A DNA stretch of 30,140 nucleotides from a virus (IMGVR_UViG_3300032330_000331:1-30140); one strand, 5' to 3'; shown: positions 15,321 through 25,838, counted from the stretch's first letter. Made by a program: numbers and translations. Notes: a model not told the origin generated them from the letters alone.

Positions 15321-16384
15321 TGGCGTTTAATTTCAATCTTCCTTCCATTACTGAAAGCTATGCAAACTTAGCTTCATTTCCTGCAACGGGTAGAACTGTT
15401 GTATTATACAAAGCATTAGACACAACTAATCTTTATACATGGAGTGGAACTGCTTATGTATTAGTTGACAAAAGATTTGCTTCATCGTGGGGTTCAGTAT
15501 CTCAAGCACCTGAATCAACTTCTATAACTAAAGACCAAGTAGGATTAGGAAATGTAGACAATACATCAGACGTAAATAAACCTATTTCAACAGCTATACA
15601 AACTGCTTTGAATTTAAAGGTGGATAAGATAGCAGGAAAAGGACTAAGTACAAACGACTACACAAACACGGAAAAAACAAAGCTCACAGGAATAGCAGAA
15701 GGAGCTGAAGTAAACGTTAATGCTGATTGGAATGCTACAAGTGGAGATGCTCAGATTTTAAATAAACCAACTATACCTAGCATATCAGGATTAGCAACAA
15801 CTACTTATGTTGATACACAAGATGCAACCAAACAAGCTACCCTAGTAAGTGGTACAAACATCAAAACAATTAATGGAAGTTCTATTTTAGGTAGTGGAAA
15901 TATGGTTGTTACTACAACTTCAAATCCTTCAGTAATTGCCGTAAGTGTACCTGATGGCACACCAATAACGGGTGGAACTTTAACTATTTCTACTTCTTTA
16001 TTAGTACCTGCAAATACAATAGCAACAAATTCCATCATTCAAATTAGTTGGGGTATTCAACGTGTTTCAGGAGTTGCGGGTACAGTACAAAATCAAATAT
16101 ATATTAACACTTCAAATACATTAACAGGCGCAATATTAGTTGCAACTGGAGGGAATTTGTCTACAGCTCAAACATATTTCAATCAAGCTAGAGATATTCA
16201 AAAAGTAGGGTTAGTAGCAAAAACTGCATCTACTGCACAACTTGTAACTGATGGAACTGCAAGTACTTCCATTAACACATTTACTTTAAATAATTCAGTT
16301 CCTTTATATTTTCTATTCGCTTGTAGTGGTGGTGTTGGAGATGTGTCAGTAATTAGACAAGTACGAATCACACAATACATTTAA
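15320..16384 (+). CDS. Fibre protein (mosaic head/tail fibre)
   Basis: Fibre modules TKDQVGLGNVDNTSD.NKPIS, KVDKIAGKGLSTNDYT, NADWNATSGDAQILNKP, LVSGTNIKTING; beta-rich C-terminus. Confidence 0.75.
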   Translation: MAFNFNLPSITESYANLASFPATGRTVVLYKALDTTNLYTWSGTAYVLVDKRFASSWGSVSQAPESTSITKDQVGLGNVDNTSDVNKPISTAIQTALNLKVDKIAGKGLSTNDYTNTEKTKLTGIAEGAEVNVNADWNATSGDAQILNKPTIPSISGLATTTYVDTQDATKQATLVSGTNIKTINGSSILGSGNMVVTTTSNPSVIAVSVPDGTPITGGTLTISTSLLVPANTIATNSIIQISWGIQRVSGVAGTVQNQIYINTSNTLTGAILVATGGNLSTAQTYFNQARDIQKVGLVAKTASTAQLVTDGTASTSINTFTLNNSVPLYFLFACSGGVGDVSVIRQVRITQYI

Positions 16385-16385
16385 T

Positions 16386-16589
16386 ATGAATATAACTACA
16401 ATAGAAAACGGATTTTTATTCAATGATTCAAGTTATTTATTTGATGGTGAAATTGAAGTAATCAGCGAAAGTCAATGCCATGTGCCTACAAATCAGGGAA
16501 CAATTTTACTTGATCTTTCATGTCAAATAAATGGATTTGATTTTATTGACATATATGTTTTCATCCAAGCATTAAAAGCCGGGCAATGA
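16386..16589 (+). CDS. Small acidic protein, possible fibre chaperone
   Basis: 67 aa immediately after the fibre gene. Confidence 0.55.
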   Translation: MNITTIENGFLFNDSSYLFDGEIEVISESQCHVPTNQGTILLDLSCQINGFDFIDIYVFIQALKAGQ

Positions 16590-16617
16590 CAGAATTTATA
16601 AAAGCACTTAAAGGAGA

Positions 16618-17130
16618 ATGAAACAATCAGAGCTTCAGTTAGAGTTAAACAAGTTTCGTGATTATGTCATAAGTCAGGCAAAATCTAATTTAACACGTCA
16701 AAGAAAAAACACATCTAAGACACTTTACAACTCTATTAAAGGAAATGTTAAGGCAATGCCTAATTCATTCAGCATGGAGTTTACAATGGAAGAATATGGC
16801 TTTTATCAGGATAAAGGAGTAAGTGGTATAAAGAAAAAATACAATACAGATTTTAACTATACTACAAAGATGCCACCACCAAAAGCATTTGATAAATGGA
16901 TAGTTAAAAAAGGATTAGCACCTAGAGATAAAGGAAAGTTTAAAAGTAGAAAGTCTTTATCATTTGCTATAGCACGTTCAGTTTACATCAATGGAATTAA
17001 ACCTAGTTTGTTTTTTACTAAACCATTTGAAGCTGCATATAAACGATTACCTAATGACTTAGTAGAAGCATTCGGATTAGAAGCAATAAAATTATTTAAT
17101 ACAACAACATTTCCTAAACAAAAAAAATAG
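16618..17130 (+). CDS. Basic neck/tail completion-like protein
   Basis: LYNSIK, YGFYQDKGV, PPPKAFDKWI..KG, IARSVYINGIKPSLFF; tail module. Confidence 0.6.
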   Translation: MKQSELQLELNKFRDYVISQAKSNLTRQRKNTSKTLYNSIKGNVKAMPNSFSMEFTMEEYGFYQDKGVSGIKKKYNTDFNYTTKMPPPKAFDKWIVKKGLAPRDKGKFKSRKSLSFAIARSVYINGIKPSLFFTKPFEAAYKRLPNDLVEAFGLEAIKLFNTTTFPKQKK

Positions 17131-18177
17131 ATGGCAATTTTCGCACGATCACCGTATATTATCACAATGAACGAAACAGGACAGACTGCTTCAATGCTTC
17201 ATGTATTCTTATGGAATGGTAATAGCACACCAGCACCAAGTTCACCAGCTTATGTGTTAAGTAAGCAAATACCTGCATCAAATGCACCTGCTACATATTA
17301 CGACATATCTCCTTACATTCGTGAATACATTAATCACAACTCATTACAAAATGTTACAAGTGGAAATCCTGTTACTCCTGCAGCTCAATGGTGTTGGGTA
17401 GGTATTAAAAAGTTCAAGAAAACTACAGGTGGATTTGTTCAAATAACAGATATAGTTTCTTATCGTTGTTATGATGGTTACGGAAATTACACAGATGGAG
17501 CTAATCCTACATTATCTCCTATTCATTTATCTCCTATTGATTCTTATTACTATTTAGACGGCACAGGAAACACAGGACATATTACAATAGAAGGTACAAG
17601 TGGGTATTCAATAAAATATACAAACTTAGTAACAGGAGCAATTCAAACAGGTTCTTTGGCTACGTCAAACGTTAATGATTGGGCTAAAGTATGGCCAACA
17701 TATTTAAGTGCAGGAAATCTTGTTGAAATAATAACAGGAGGAAGTACAGTATGGAGTGCAACATTTAGACCTAAAGACGAATGTAAATACACACCTATTA
17801 GATGCGATTTCGTTAATAAGTTTGGAGCTTGGCAAACTGAGTGGTTTTTCAAAGCAAGTAACAAATCAATCAGCGTTGAAAACACGGAGTATAATTTAAT
17901 GCCTGCAACTTATCCAAGTTATGATGTATTAGAAGGTCAACGCAAAATCTTTAATTCTAACGCAAAGGAACAAATAAAGGTAAACACGGATTGGGTAAAC
18001 GAAAGCTACTCAGAAACGATTAGACAGCTAATGTTAAGCGAAAGAATCTTATTAGACAAATCACCAGTGAAGATAAACACGAAATCAACAGAGCTATTTA
18101 AAAGCATAAATACACACATGATTAACTATCAGTTAGACTTTGAATACGCTTACGATACAATTAACTCAGTAGTGTAA
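17131..18177 (+). CDS. Tail structural protein
   Basis: 348 aa, F.NKFGAW motif, upstream of large tail-tip gene. Confidence 0.6.
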   Translation: MAIFARSPYIITMNETGQTASMLHVFLWNGNSTPAPSSPAYVLSKQIPASNAPATYYDISPYIREYINHNSLQNVTSGNPVTPAAQWCWVGIKKFKKTTGGFVQITDIVSYRCYDGYGNYTDGANPTLSPIHLSPIDSYYYLDGTGNTGHITIEGTSGYSIKYTNLVTGAIQTGSLATSNVNDWAKVWPTYLSAGNLVEIITGGSTVWSATFRPKDECKYTPIRCDFVNKFGAWQTEWFFKASNKSISVENTEYNLMPATYPSYDVLEGQRKIFNSNAKEQIKVNTDWVNESYSETIRQLMLSERILLDKSPVKINTKSTELFKSINTHMINYQLDFEYAYDTINSVV

Positions 18178-20453
18178 TGGAAAGAAAAATACAAGTATAT
18201 ATAGAAGGACAAAGACTTGAGTTATTTAAAGATGAAGAAATTCAAGTAACATCAACGCAACAAAACGTAGCAGATATATCTAAGACTTATACAGACTTTT
18301 CACAGGCTTTTACTATTCCTGCTTCACCTTACAATAATGCTATTATTCAGCATTTTTATCAAACAGATGTAGATGCAACTATTGATCATAATATAAGACG
18401 AATTGGATTGATTGAAATTGATTTAACATTTTTTAGACGTGGTAAAATTCAAGTAGAAAAAGCGCAACTAAAAAACGGAAAAATAGAAAGTTATACATTA
18501 GGATTTTACGGTGAAGGGAAGACGTTATTAGATTACTTTGGAGAGGATTTACTTTCTGATTTAGATTACACAGATAATAATCATGAATATTCAGGTGATG
18601 CAGTAAGAGATAGGATTTTAGATGGAACAAATGCTTATGATGTTAAATATCCCTTAATTAGCTCTAAACGAATATGGACTTACCAAAGTATAGCTCCTAC
18701 TACAATTACTCCAAGTTGGTTAACAATTCCAACTAGTAGTTCCAATGATATTCATCAAACTTCAGGGCATATACATTATCAAGAATTATTTCCTGCGCTT
18801 AGAGTTCAAGAAATATTTAAAAGAATATCACAAAAGTATTCAGTACAATTCAACGGAAACTTCCTAAGTGATGATAGATTTACTAAATTATTCTTATGGT
18901 ATAAAAACAAAGGTGAATTTTCATATAGCACTGAACAAGCAAACATTGATATCACATCTGTAACTCAACTACCACCACCAAATTTTGATGCAGGTAATCA
19001 ATTTGATTTGACAAATAATACACTTACATTAATTTATAAAGGAGGAGATGTTGTATCACATCAAATTCAATTTAATGTCACATCTGTATCAAATGCATTA
19101 GCTGTACACTATTTAGATGTTTACATTAATGGTAATTTAATAAATACTTTTATCGGTAGTGGTGTAATGGCTCATGATGTAGCTGTAATTTATGATACTG
19201 CAGGTTTAAATGCTGTTTATTCTTTTAAGATACGGAGTAATATGGCAATGACCATTAATTCTCAAATAAATTATAAAATAACTTATACATCAGGAACAAC
19301 AAATCTAACAACAGGTGCAGTAGGTTATCTAGCTCCAATTACCACAATAGCAAATATTAATCTAGCTTCATATGCTCCAGTGATAAAGATTAGTGAATTT
19401 TTTAGTGGAATATGTAAGTTGTTTAATTTAACTTGTTATGCAACTTCTGCTAATACATATCAATTAGAACCATTAGACGATTGGTATTCACAAGGAGCAA
19501 TTGTTGATATATCGAAATATACAGATGTAGATACAATTAGTATAGATAAAATGAAATTGTATAAAAAGATTACGATGAAATTTCAAAAATCTGAATCATT
19601 TTTAAACAAACAATTTAGTCAGTTATTCATTCGTGAATATGGAGATACAACTTATCAATACAGTTATGATGGTGATGAGTTTACTTTAGATGTTCCTTTT
19701 GAAAATTTATTACAAACAAAATTTACAGGAACAAATTTACAAGTAGGCTATGCATTAAATAATGAGTTTGCTCCATATGTTACTAAACCTGTTTTACTTT
19801 ATCAATATGATAATAAAGATGCAGATTTTAAATATCATAATGGAACTTCAGTAAATACAATTACTAATTACACTCCATTTGGTCAAGATTTATATACTAA
19901 TTTAACAGATTATACTTTAAACTTTTCTGCTGATATTTCAACGATGTTAAATGTACCAGTGCAACAAACATTATTTGCAACATATTATTTTTCTTATCTG
20001 TACAATCTTTACAATTTAAAGCAGAGATTAATCAGCGTAAAAACGATATTACCTATCTCACTTTTGACAGAGCTAAAATTAAACGATAGATTAATCATAA
20101 GAGATAAAAGATATATTATAAATTCAATGCAGTCTAATCTAACTACTGGAGAGGTAAACTTTCAATTGATTCTAGATTTTAGACCTATGGTAAATCATAC
20201 ACAGATTCCAAATGTAGGAGTTGATGGAGGAGCTGTACAATTTGCAGTTGATTTTGTAAACGGAGCAACAAGTGCATTCATATCAACTACAAGTTCTGAT
20301 GTAACTATTGCACCTGATTTAATTAATTCAAGTCAGTTAGTCACTATTACTTTACCTGCAGGAAGCTCAGGAACAGTTTACCCAATTAAAGTTGAATTTA
20401 CTTTAAATACAGGAATCATTGAAACACAAACTACTAATATTTTACAAAAATGA
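18177..20453 (+). CDS. Large tail tip / baseplate hub protein
   Basis: 758 aa; N-terminal DIS...TDFSQAFTIPAS..NN.I..H; adjacent to tape measure. Confidence 0.65.
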   Translation: MERKIQVYIEGQRLELFKDEEIQVTSTQQNVADISKTYTDFSQAFTIPASPYNNAIIQHFYQTDVDATIDHNIRRIGLIEIDLTFFRRGKIQVEKAQLKNGKIESYTLGFYGEGKTLLDYFGEDLLSDLDYTDNNHEYSGDAVRDRILDGTNAYDVKYPLISSKRIWTYQSIAPTTITPSWLTIPTSSSNDIHQTSGHIHYQELFPALRVQEIFKRISQKYSVQFNGNFLSDDRFTKLFLWYKNKGEFSYSTEQANIDITSVTQLPPPNFDAGNQFDLTNNTLTLIYKGGDVVSHQIQFNVTSVSNALAVHYLDVYINGNLINTFIGSGVMAHDVAVIYDTAGLNAVYSFKIRSNMAMTINSQINYKITYTSGTTNLTTGAVGYLAPITTIANINLASYAPVIKISEFFSGICKLFNLTCYATSANTYQLEPLDDWYSQGAIVDISKYTDVDTISIDKMKLYKKITMKFQKSESFLNKQFSQLFIREYGDTTYQYSYDGDEFTLDVPFENLLQTKFTGTNLQVGYALNNEFAPYVTKPVLLYQYDNKDADFKYHNGTSVNTITNYTPFGQDLYTNLTDYTLNFSADISTMLNVPVQQTLFATYYFSYLYNLYNLKQRLISVKTILPISLLTELKLNDRLIIRDKRYIINSMQSNLTTGEVNFQLILDFRPMVNHTQIPNVGVDGGAVQFAVDFVNGATSAFISTTSSDVTIAPDLINSSQLVTITLPAGSSGTVYPIKVEFTLNTGIIETQTTNILQK

Positions 20454-20605
20454 TAAAGAACATTATTGCCATGTTAGCCCTAGATAACTTCTACGGAATT
20501 TCAGAAAACATAGACATAGCAAAAGGAAAGTATGCTTACACAACTTCCTTTAGGAAAATGACAAGACAAGAACGAAGAAAACACGCACTAAAAAAAGTTA
20601 ACTGA
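20450..20605 (+). CDS. Hypothetical protein, 51 aa (MIKNIIAMLALDNFYGISENIDIAKGKY...), not in ORF track
   Basis: ATGA overlap upstream and TGATG overlap with tape measure. Confidence 0.75.
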   Translation: MIKNIIAMLALDNFYGISENIDIAKGKYAYTTSFRKMTRQERRKHALKKVN

Positions 20606-22731
20606 TGGCAGAAAAGAAAGTAGTTGAATTAAATGTACAAGCAGACTTAACACCTTTAAAAACCCAATTAAAACAAGCACAACAAGAGGTACAGGTTTTA
20701 TCTGATAAGTTTGGTGCAACATCTAGAGAAGCAGTTGAAGCGGCAAAGAAAGCTGCAATACTTAAAGATAGAATTGGAGATGCGAAAGCCTTAACTGATG
20801 CGTTTAATCCGGATGCAAAGTTTAAAGCTTTGTCAGGTTCACTTACAGGTGTAGCAGGTGGTTTTTCTGCTGTAACAGGTGCTATGGGTGCATTTGGAAC
20901 ACAAAGTGAAGATGTAGAGAAAGCATTATTAAAGGTGCAGTCAGCAATGGCATTAGCATCAGGACTACAAGCAGTAGGAGAAAGCGTTGATAGTTTTAAA
21001 CAACTAGGAGGAGTTATTAAAGACTCTTATCAAAAGTTACTTTTATTTATTGCAGGACAAGAAACACAGGCAGTAGTAGCAACTGAGGTAGCAGTAGCAA
21101 CTCAAGTTGAAGCAGTAGCAACAGAAGAAGCTACAATTGCGCAAATAAGTTTAAATACTGCAATGAAAGCTAATCCAATTGGAGTAGTAATTGTTGGAGT
21201 AGTTGCATTAGGTGCTGCAATAGCAGGACTTATTTATGCAATGGGTGATCATAATGAAGCAGCAGATAAACAAGCAGAAACAAATAAAAGATTAGCAGAA
21301 CAAGCAAAAGAACAACGTGAAAATATTGCTAAAGAATCAGGAGGATTTGCAACATTAATATCACGATTAAAAAATACTAATGCAGGTACTAAAGAACGTG
21401 AAGATTTGATTAAAAAAATCAATGGTCAATATGGTACTACTTTAAAAAATATTAAAGACGAAGCTAAATTCCAAGAATCACTGAATAAAGAATTAGCATC
21501 TTACTTAGAATATCAAAAAGCAAAATATACACTTCAAAAAAACGAAGATTTAATTGTTAAAAATTTATCTAAACAAGATGAAATTCGTGCAAAAATAGCT
21601 AAATCACAAAAAGATGAAGAAACGGCTAGAAAAGAAATGGCTGCAAGTGGTGGTTCTAATGCTATTATGTTACGAGCAATTAATTCACAGGTTGAACTTC
21701 AAGCTCAATTAGAAAAAGAACTTGCTAAAGCAGAAAAAAGATTTAATGCTTATGGTTCAGCAGCAAATACAGCAGCAAATAACGTAGACAAGATTACGAA
21801 TAGTGGAACTAAGTATGTTGAGCAAAATGATAAAGTAGTTGAATCTACTGAGGAAGTAATTAAAACAGAAGAGGAGTATGTTTTAACTCAGCAAGATTTA
21901 ATGGATAAAATAAATGCCATTAAACAAGCAAACTACTTAAATAATTTATCTGAGAATGATAAAGAAATTGCACTTGTAAATGATAAATATGCAGAACTTG
22001 AAAATTCAGCAAAAGGGAACGCAGAATATTTAGCAGATATTGAACTTGCTAAAATGAATGAAATCAATGATATTAATTTAAAATATCAGGATTTAGATTA
22101 TAAACAAAAAGAAGAATGGAGATTAAAAACAGAAGAAGCAACTAAAAAAGCAAGCGAAAAAGAAATTGCAGATGCAAAAGCAGTAGCAGAACAAAAGGCA
22201 GCAATTCAACAACAAGGATTAGATGTTGCTATGCAAGGAGTTCAATTAATTAAAGGATTATTCGAAAAATCAAAAGGAGTTCAAAAAGCAGCAGTTATTG
22301 CAGAATCAGCTATTGGTATTGCTAAAATGGTTATTGCAAATAAACTAGCAAACGCAGGAGCATTGGCAACTCCTCAAGCAATAGCCTCAAGTGGTGTATC
22401 AGCTATACCTGTAATAGCAATGAATAATATATCTACAGGAATAGGAATAGCAGCAAACATAGCAGCAACAGCTAAAGCATTAAGAACACTTGGTGGTGGT
22501 GGTGCACCATCAGGAGGAGGAATAGGTGGAAGTGGTGGTGGAAGTGGTGGTAGTGGTGGTGGTGGAACTACAGTTATGTCTCCATCATTTAACGTAGTTG
22601 GTAACTCAGGAATCAATCAACTTGGACAATTACAACAGAAACCAATGAAGGCTTATGTGGTTTCAGGAGATATGTCAACAGCACAATCATTAGATCGCAA
22701 CAGAATAGAAAATGCAACATTAGTCAAATAA
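20605..22731 (+). CDS. Tail tape measure protein
   Basis: 708 aa, Ala-rich helical/coiled-coil, ANPIG hydrophobic segment, Gly-rich linker near C-terminus. Confidence 0.85.
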   Translation: MAEKKVVELNVQADLTPLKTQLKQAQQEVQVLSDKFGATSREAVEAAKKAAILKDRIGDAKALTDAFNPDAKFKALSGSLTGVAGGFSAVTGAMGAFGTQSEDVEKALLKVQSAMALASGLQAVGESVDSFKQLGGVIKDSYQKLLLFIAGQETQAVVATEVAVATQVEAVATEEATIAQISLNTAMKANPIGVVIVGVVALGAAIAGLIYAMGDHNEAADKQAETNKRLAEQAKEQRENIAKESGGFATLISRLKNTNAGTKEREDLIKKINGQYGTTLKNIKDEAKFQESLNKELASYLEYQKAKYTLQKNEDLIVKNLSKQDEIRAKIAKSQKDEETARKEMAASGGSNAIMLRAINSQVELQAQLEKELAKAEKRFNAYGSAANTAANNVDKITNSGTKYVEQNDKVVESTEEVIKTEEEYVLTQQDLMDKINAIKQANYLNNLSENDKEIALVNDKYAELENSAKGNAEYLADIELAKMNEINDINLKYQDLDYKQKEEWRLKTEEATKKASEKEIADAKAVAEQKAAIQQQGLDVAMQGVQLIKGLFEKSKGVQKAAVIAESAIGIAKMVIANKLANAGALATPQAIASSGVSAIPVIAMNNISTGIGIAANIAATAKALRTLGGGGAPSGGGIGGSGGGSGGSGGGGTTVMSPSFNVVGNSGINQLGQLQQKPMKAYVVSGDMSTAQSLDRNRIENATLVK

Positions 22732-22738
22732 TACGTTT
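22715..22738 (+). promoter_or_regulatory. Putative phage-sigma late promoter
   Basis: CAAC-N15-CGTTT, 7 nt before ATG 22746. Confidence 0.6.
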
Positions 22739-22745
22739 TAATAAC

Positions 22746-23333
22746 ATGAAAATAGTAGAACTAGTAATAGACGAAAAAGATTCATTAAGTGGAATTGATG
22801 CAGTTTCTGTAGTTCATTCTCCAGCAATAGAAGAGAACTTCATTCACTTATCAAAACACGAAATAGAATTAAAGGAAATAGACACAGAGAAAAAGATTCT
22901 CATGGGTGCTGCATTAATTCCTAACAAACAAATCTACCGAGTAAACGAAAAGACGAAAGAAGAATACTACATTTATTTTTCTGAAAACACAGTACGTCAA
23001 GCATCAGAGTTATTCTTAATGAACTCAAACCAAAACAATGCTACCTACGAACATGACAAGAAACTGAAAGGAATGTCTGTTGTAGAAAGTTGGATAATTG
23101 AAGATTCAGCTCAGGATAAGTCAGCTAAATACGGATTCAGTTTACCTACAGGAACTTGGATGATTTCAATGAAGGTAAACAACGATGAAGTTTGGCAAGA
23201 TGTAAAAGACGGAAAAGTAAAAGGATTCTCAATCGAAGGTTACTTCGCTGACAAGTTAGAAATGTCAATGTTAAGTGAAGAAGATTTATTAATAGAAAAA
23301 ATCAAACAAATTATTCAAGATGGCGAAAAGTAA
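22746..23333 (+). CDS. Prohead protease (XkdF-like serine protease)
   Basis: AVSVVHSPAIE, GAALIPNK.IYR, EH, VVESWI, GTWM, VKGFSIEG. Confidence 0.8.
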   Translation: MKIVELVIDEKDSLSGIDAVSVVHSPAIEENFIHLSKHEIELKEIDTEKKILMGAALIPNKQIYRVNEKTKEEYYIYFSENTVRQASELFLMNSNQNNATYEHDKKLKGMSVVESWIIEDSAQDKSAKYGFSLPTGTWMISMKVNNDEVWQDVKDGKVKGFSIEGYFADKLEMSMLSEEDLLIEKIKQIIQDGEK

Positions 23334-23520
23334 AACACCGAGTTACTCATCACCCAAAGCAGGAAGTAAAAGGGGATGTTTATGCGAAAATGGAAAATAC
23401 TCTAAGAAATGTTGCGATGGTAGTCTTCAAGCACAAGGCATAGGAACGACTACAGGAACTGAAAATGTTTCTGTAACAATTAGTTCAGGTACTACAATTA
23501 TCATTCGTCAGAACGGATAA
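23320..23520 (+). CDS. Small Cys-rich protein in head module
   Basis: RGCLC..KYS..CCDGSLQAQGIG. Confidence 0.65.
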   Translation: MAKSKTPSYSSPKAGSKRGCLCENGKYSKKCCDGSLQAQGIGTTTGTENVSVTISSGTTIIIRQNG

Positions 23521-23525
23521 AAATA

Positions 23526-23550
23526 CAACAGGAATATAATATAAACGTTT
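23526..23550 (+). promoter_or_regulatory. Putative phage-sigma late promoter
   Basis: CAAC-N16-CGTTT in intergenic gap before scaffold/capsid genes. Confidence 0.6.
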
Positions 23551-23576
23551 AAATAATATCTAAATAAAAACGAAAA

Positions 23577-24161
23577 ATGAAAAATAGCACAATTAACAAA
23601 ATCAAAGCACTTTTAGGAATGGAAGTTAAATTAGAACAAATGAAGTTAGCAGATGGAACAACAGTTCTTGAAGCAGACGCATTTGAAATGGATAACGAAG
23701 TATTTATCATTACTACGGATGAGCAAAAAATTCCTTTGCCGATTGGTGAATACGAATTAGAAAATGGAATGATTCTAGTAGTAGAAGTAGAAGGAATGAT
23801 TAAAGAAGTTAAAGAAGCTCCAGTGGCTGAAGAAGTTATGCCTGAAGATGAGGTTGCTCCTGAAGTTCCAGTAGCTGCTGCTGAAGAAGTATCTGCTCCA
23901 AAGAAAACTATCGAATCTGTAGTTAAAGAAACTTTCTTTTCAGAAATCGAAGCATTAAAAACAGAAAATATTGAATTGAAAGCTAAATTGGAATTGCTTT
24001 CTAAAGTTGAAGAAGTTGCAACAGAAGCAACCGAACTTTCAGAAGAGCCAAAACCAATTATGCACAATCCTGAAAACACGAATCAAGTTGAAGTAATGAA
24101 GTTCGCTAAACAAAGAACTCGTACAACATTAGATTCAATCTTTGAAAAATTAAACAAATAA
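23577..24161 (+). CDS. Capsid scaffolding-like protein
   Basis: Very acidic, coiled-coil C-terminus, between protease and major capsid gene. Confidence 0.65.
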   Translation: MKNSTINKIKALLGMEVKLEQMKLADGTTVLEADAFEMDNEVFIITTDEQKIPLPIGEYELENGMILVVEVEGMIKEVKEAPVAEEVMPEDEVAPEVPVAAAEEVSAPKKTIESVVKETFFSEIEALKTENIELKAKLELLSKVEEVATEATELSEEPKPIMHNPENTNQVEVMKFAKQRTRTTLDSIFEKLNK

Positions 24162-24187
24162 TATTAACTAATAAACATTTTTAAAAA

Positions 24188-25141
24188 ATGGCAACTACAA
24201 CATCAATTACTACAACTTACGCAGGTGAGTTCGCAGGTAAATACATCGCTGCTGCTTTGTTATCTGCACCAACATTAGAGCAAGGTGGACTTACTATCCA
24301 TCCTAACGTGAAATTCAAACAAGTAATTCAGAAAATCGGTACAGATGGATTAACCAAAGACGCATCATGCGACTTCACGGCTACATCTACATTGACTTTA
24401 ACTGAGAAAGTTCTTCAACCTGAAGAGTTCCAAGTTAACTTACAATTATGTAAAAAAGATTTCCATTCAACTTGGCAAGCAGCTGAGATGGGTTACTCTG
24501 CATTTGATGTACTTCCTAAATCTTTCTCTGATTACTTAATCGGTTACGTTGCAGATAAAGTAGCTGCATCTATGGAATCTACAATTTGGACAGGAGTTAA
24601 CGCTAACTCAGGAGAATTTGCAGGTATCATGACACAAATTACTGCTGATGCTGCTTTACCATCTGCACAAGAAGTTGCAGGTACTACAGTTACTGCTGCT
24701 AACGTTGTTACAGAAATCGGTAAAATCGTTGATGCTATTCCTTCTCGTTTATACGGACAACCTGATTTGAAATTGTACCTTTCTCAAAATATCGTTAAAG
24801 CATACATTCGTGCATTAGGTGGATTCGGAGCTTCAGGATTAGGAGCTAATGGTACTAACAATTTAGGTACACAATGGTACACAAACGGAAGTCTTTCTTT
24901 CGATGGCTTACCAATTTTCATGGCTAACGGATTAGCTGCTAATACAGGTATTGCTTCAACTACTTCTAATTTGCATTTTGCTACAGGTTTGTTGAACGAT
25001 ATGAACCAAGTTAAAGTTTTAGACATGGCTGACTTAGACGGTTCTGAAAACGTACGTGTAATCATGCGTTTTACTGCAGATGCTAAATACGGATTTGCTG
25101 AGGATATCGTTACTTACGGAATCACTAACTCTGCTAACTAA
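24188..25141 (+). CDS. Major capsid protein
   Basis: 317 aa after protease and scaffold, followed by a strong terminator. Confidence 0.8.
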   Translation: MATTTSITTTYAGEFAGKYIAAALLSAPTLEQGGLTIHPNVKFKQVIQKIGTDGLTKDASCDFTATSTLTLTEKVLQPEEFQVNLQLCKKDFHSTWQAAEMGYSAFDVLPKSFSDYLIGYVADKVAASMESTIWTGVNANSGEFAGIMTQITADAALPSAQEVAGTTVTAANVVTEIGKIVDAIPSRLYGQPDLKLYLSQNIVKAYIRALGGFGASGLGANGTNNLGTQWYTNGSLSFDGLPIFMANGLAANTGIASTTSNLHFATGLLNDMNQVKVLDMADLDGSENVRVIMRFTADAKYGFAEDIVTYGITNSAN

Positions 25142-25160
25142 TATTAACAGACATTAATTT

Positions 25161-25190
25161 AAAGGGGAGGTCAAATGCCTTCCCTTTTTT
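25161..25190 (+). terminator. Intrinsic terminator after capsid gene
   Basis: AAAGGGGAGG...CCTTCCCTTT stem and T run. Confidence 0.85.
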
Positions 25191-25215
25191 GTTTCACTAA
25201 AAAAAATATAAAAAA

Positions 25216-25779
25216 ATGGCTTGTGATATCGCAAACGGAAGATTAGAAGTATGTAAAGATGCCATCGGTGGTATTGATGCAATCTACTTCATTAATTACG
25301 GAGACTATACATATCCTACAGACGTAGCTTATGTAACAGGAACTGACACTATTGATACAATTGCTAACGTATCAACACTTTACAAATTTGAATTAAAAGG
25401 TACAAATACTTTTGACCAAGTAATTACTTCATCTCGTGAAAATGGTACTTCATTTGTAGAGCAAACTTTATCAGTTACGCTTAAAAAACAAGATGCTGCT
25501 ACACACAAAGCAGTTAAATTGTTGTCTTACGGACGTCCTAACATCGTTGTTAGAAATCGTAACAATCAGTTTTTCTTGGCAGGTCTTGAATACGGAATGG
25601 AGTTAACAACTGCAAACGTATCTACAGGTACTGCAATGGGAGATATGAACGGTTATACTTTGACATTCGTAGGAACTGAGAAATTGTTAGCTAACTTATT
25701 AGATGCTTCTTCTGAAGCAGACTTAACAGGAAGTGCTGGAGATGTCTTTGGAGTTACTACTACAATTGTTTCTGCATAA
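25216..25779 (+). CDS. Major tail tube protein (probable)
   Basis: 187 aa beta-rich, C..G....CKD..GG start, SRENGTSFVEQTL, GTAMGDMNGYTLTF; followed by terminator. Confidence 0.65.
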   Translation: MACDIANGRLEVCKDAIGGIDAIYFINYGDYTYPTDVAYVTGTDTIDTIANVSTLYKFELKGTNTFDQVITSSRENGTSFVEQTLSVTLKKQDAATHKAVKLLSYGRPNIVVRNRNNQFFLAGLEYGMELTTANVSTGTAMGDMNGYTLTFVGTEKLLANLLDASSEADLTGSAGDVFGVTTTIVSA

Positions 25780-25805
25780 TAGATTCTTTTTTTCATAGTT
25801 TGATT

Positions 25806-25830
25806 AGGGGTGGCTTCGGTTACCCCTTTT
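25806..25830 (+). terminator. Intrinsic terminator with C(UUCG)G tetraloop
   Basis: AGGGGTGGC-TTCG-GTTACCCCT-TTT. Confidence 0.9.
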
Positions 25831-25838
25831 CTATTTTA

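Noticed and set aside
17128-17133. In-frame TAG-ATG junction suggesting readthrough or TAG recoding
   Set aside because: Genes are intact under the standard code and TAG is a normal stop elsewhere (1009, 9760); no independent sign of readthrough.
22492-22566. GGT-rich repeat tract in the tape measure gene
   Set aside because: It encodes an ordinary Gly/Ser linker; no evidence of a DNA-level function.
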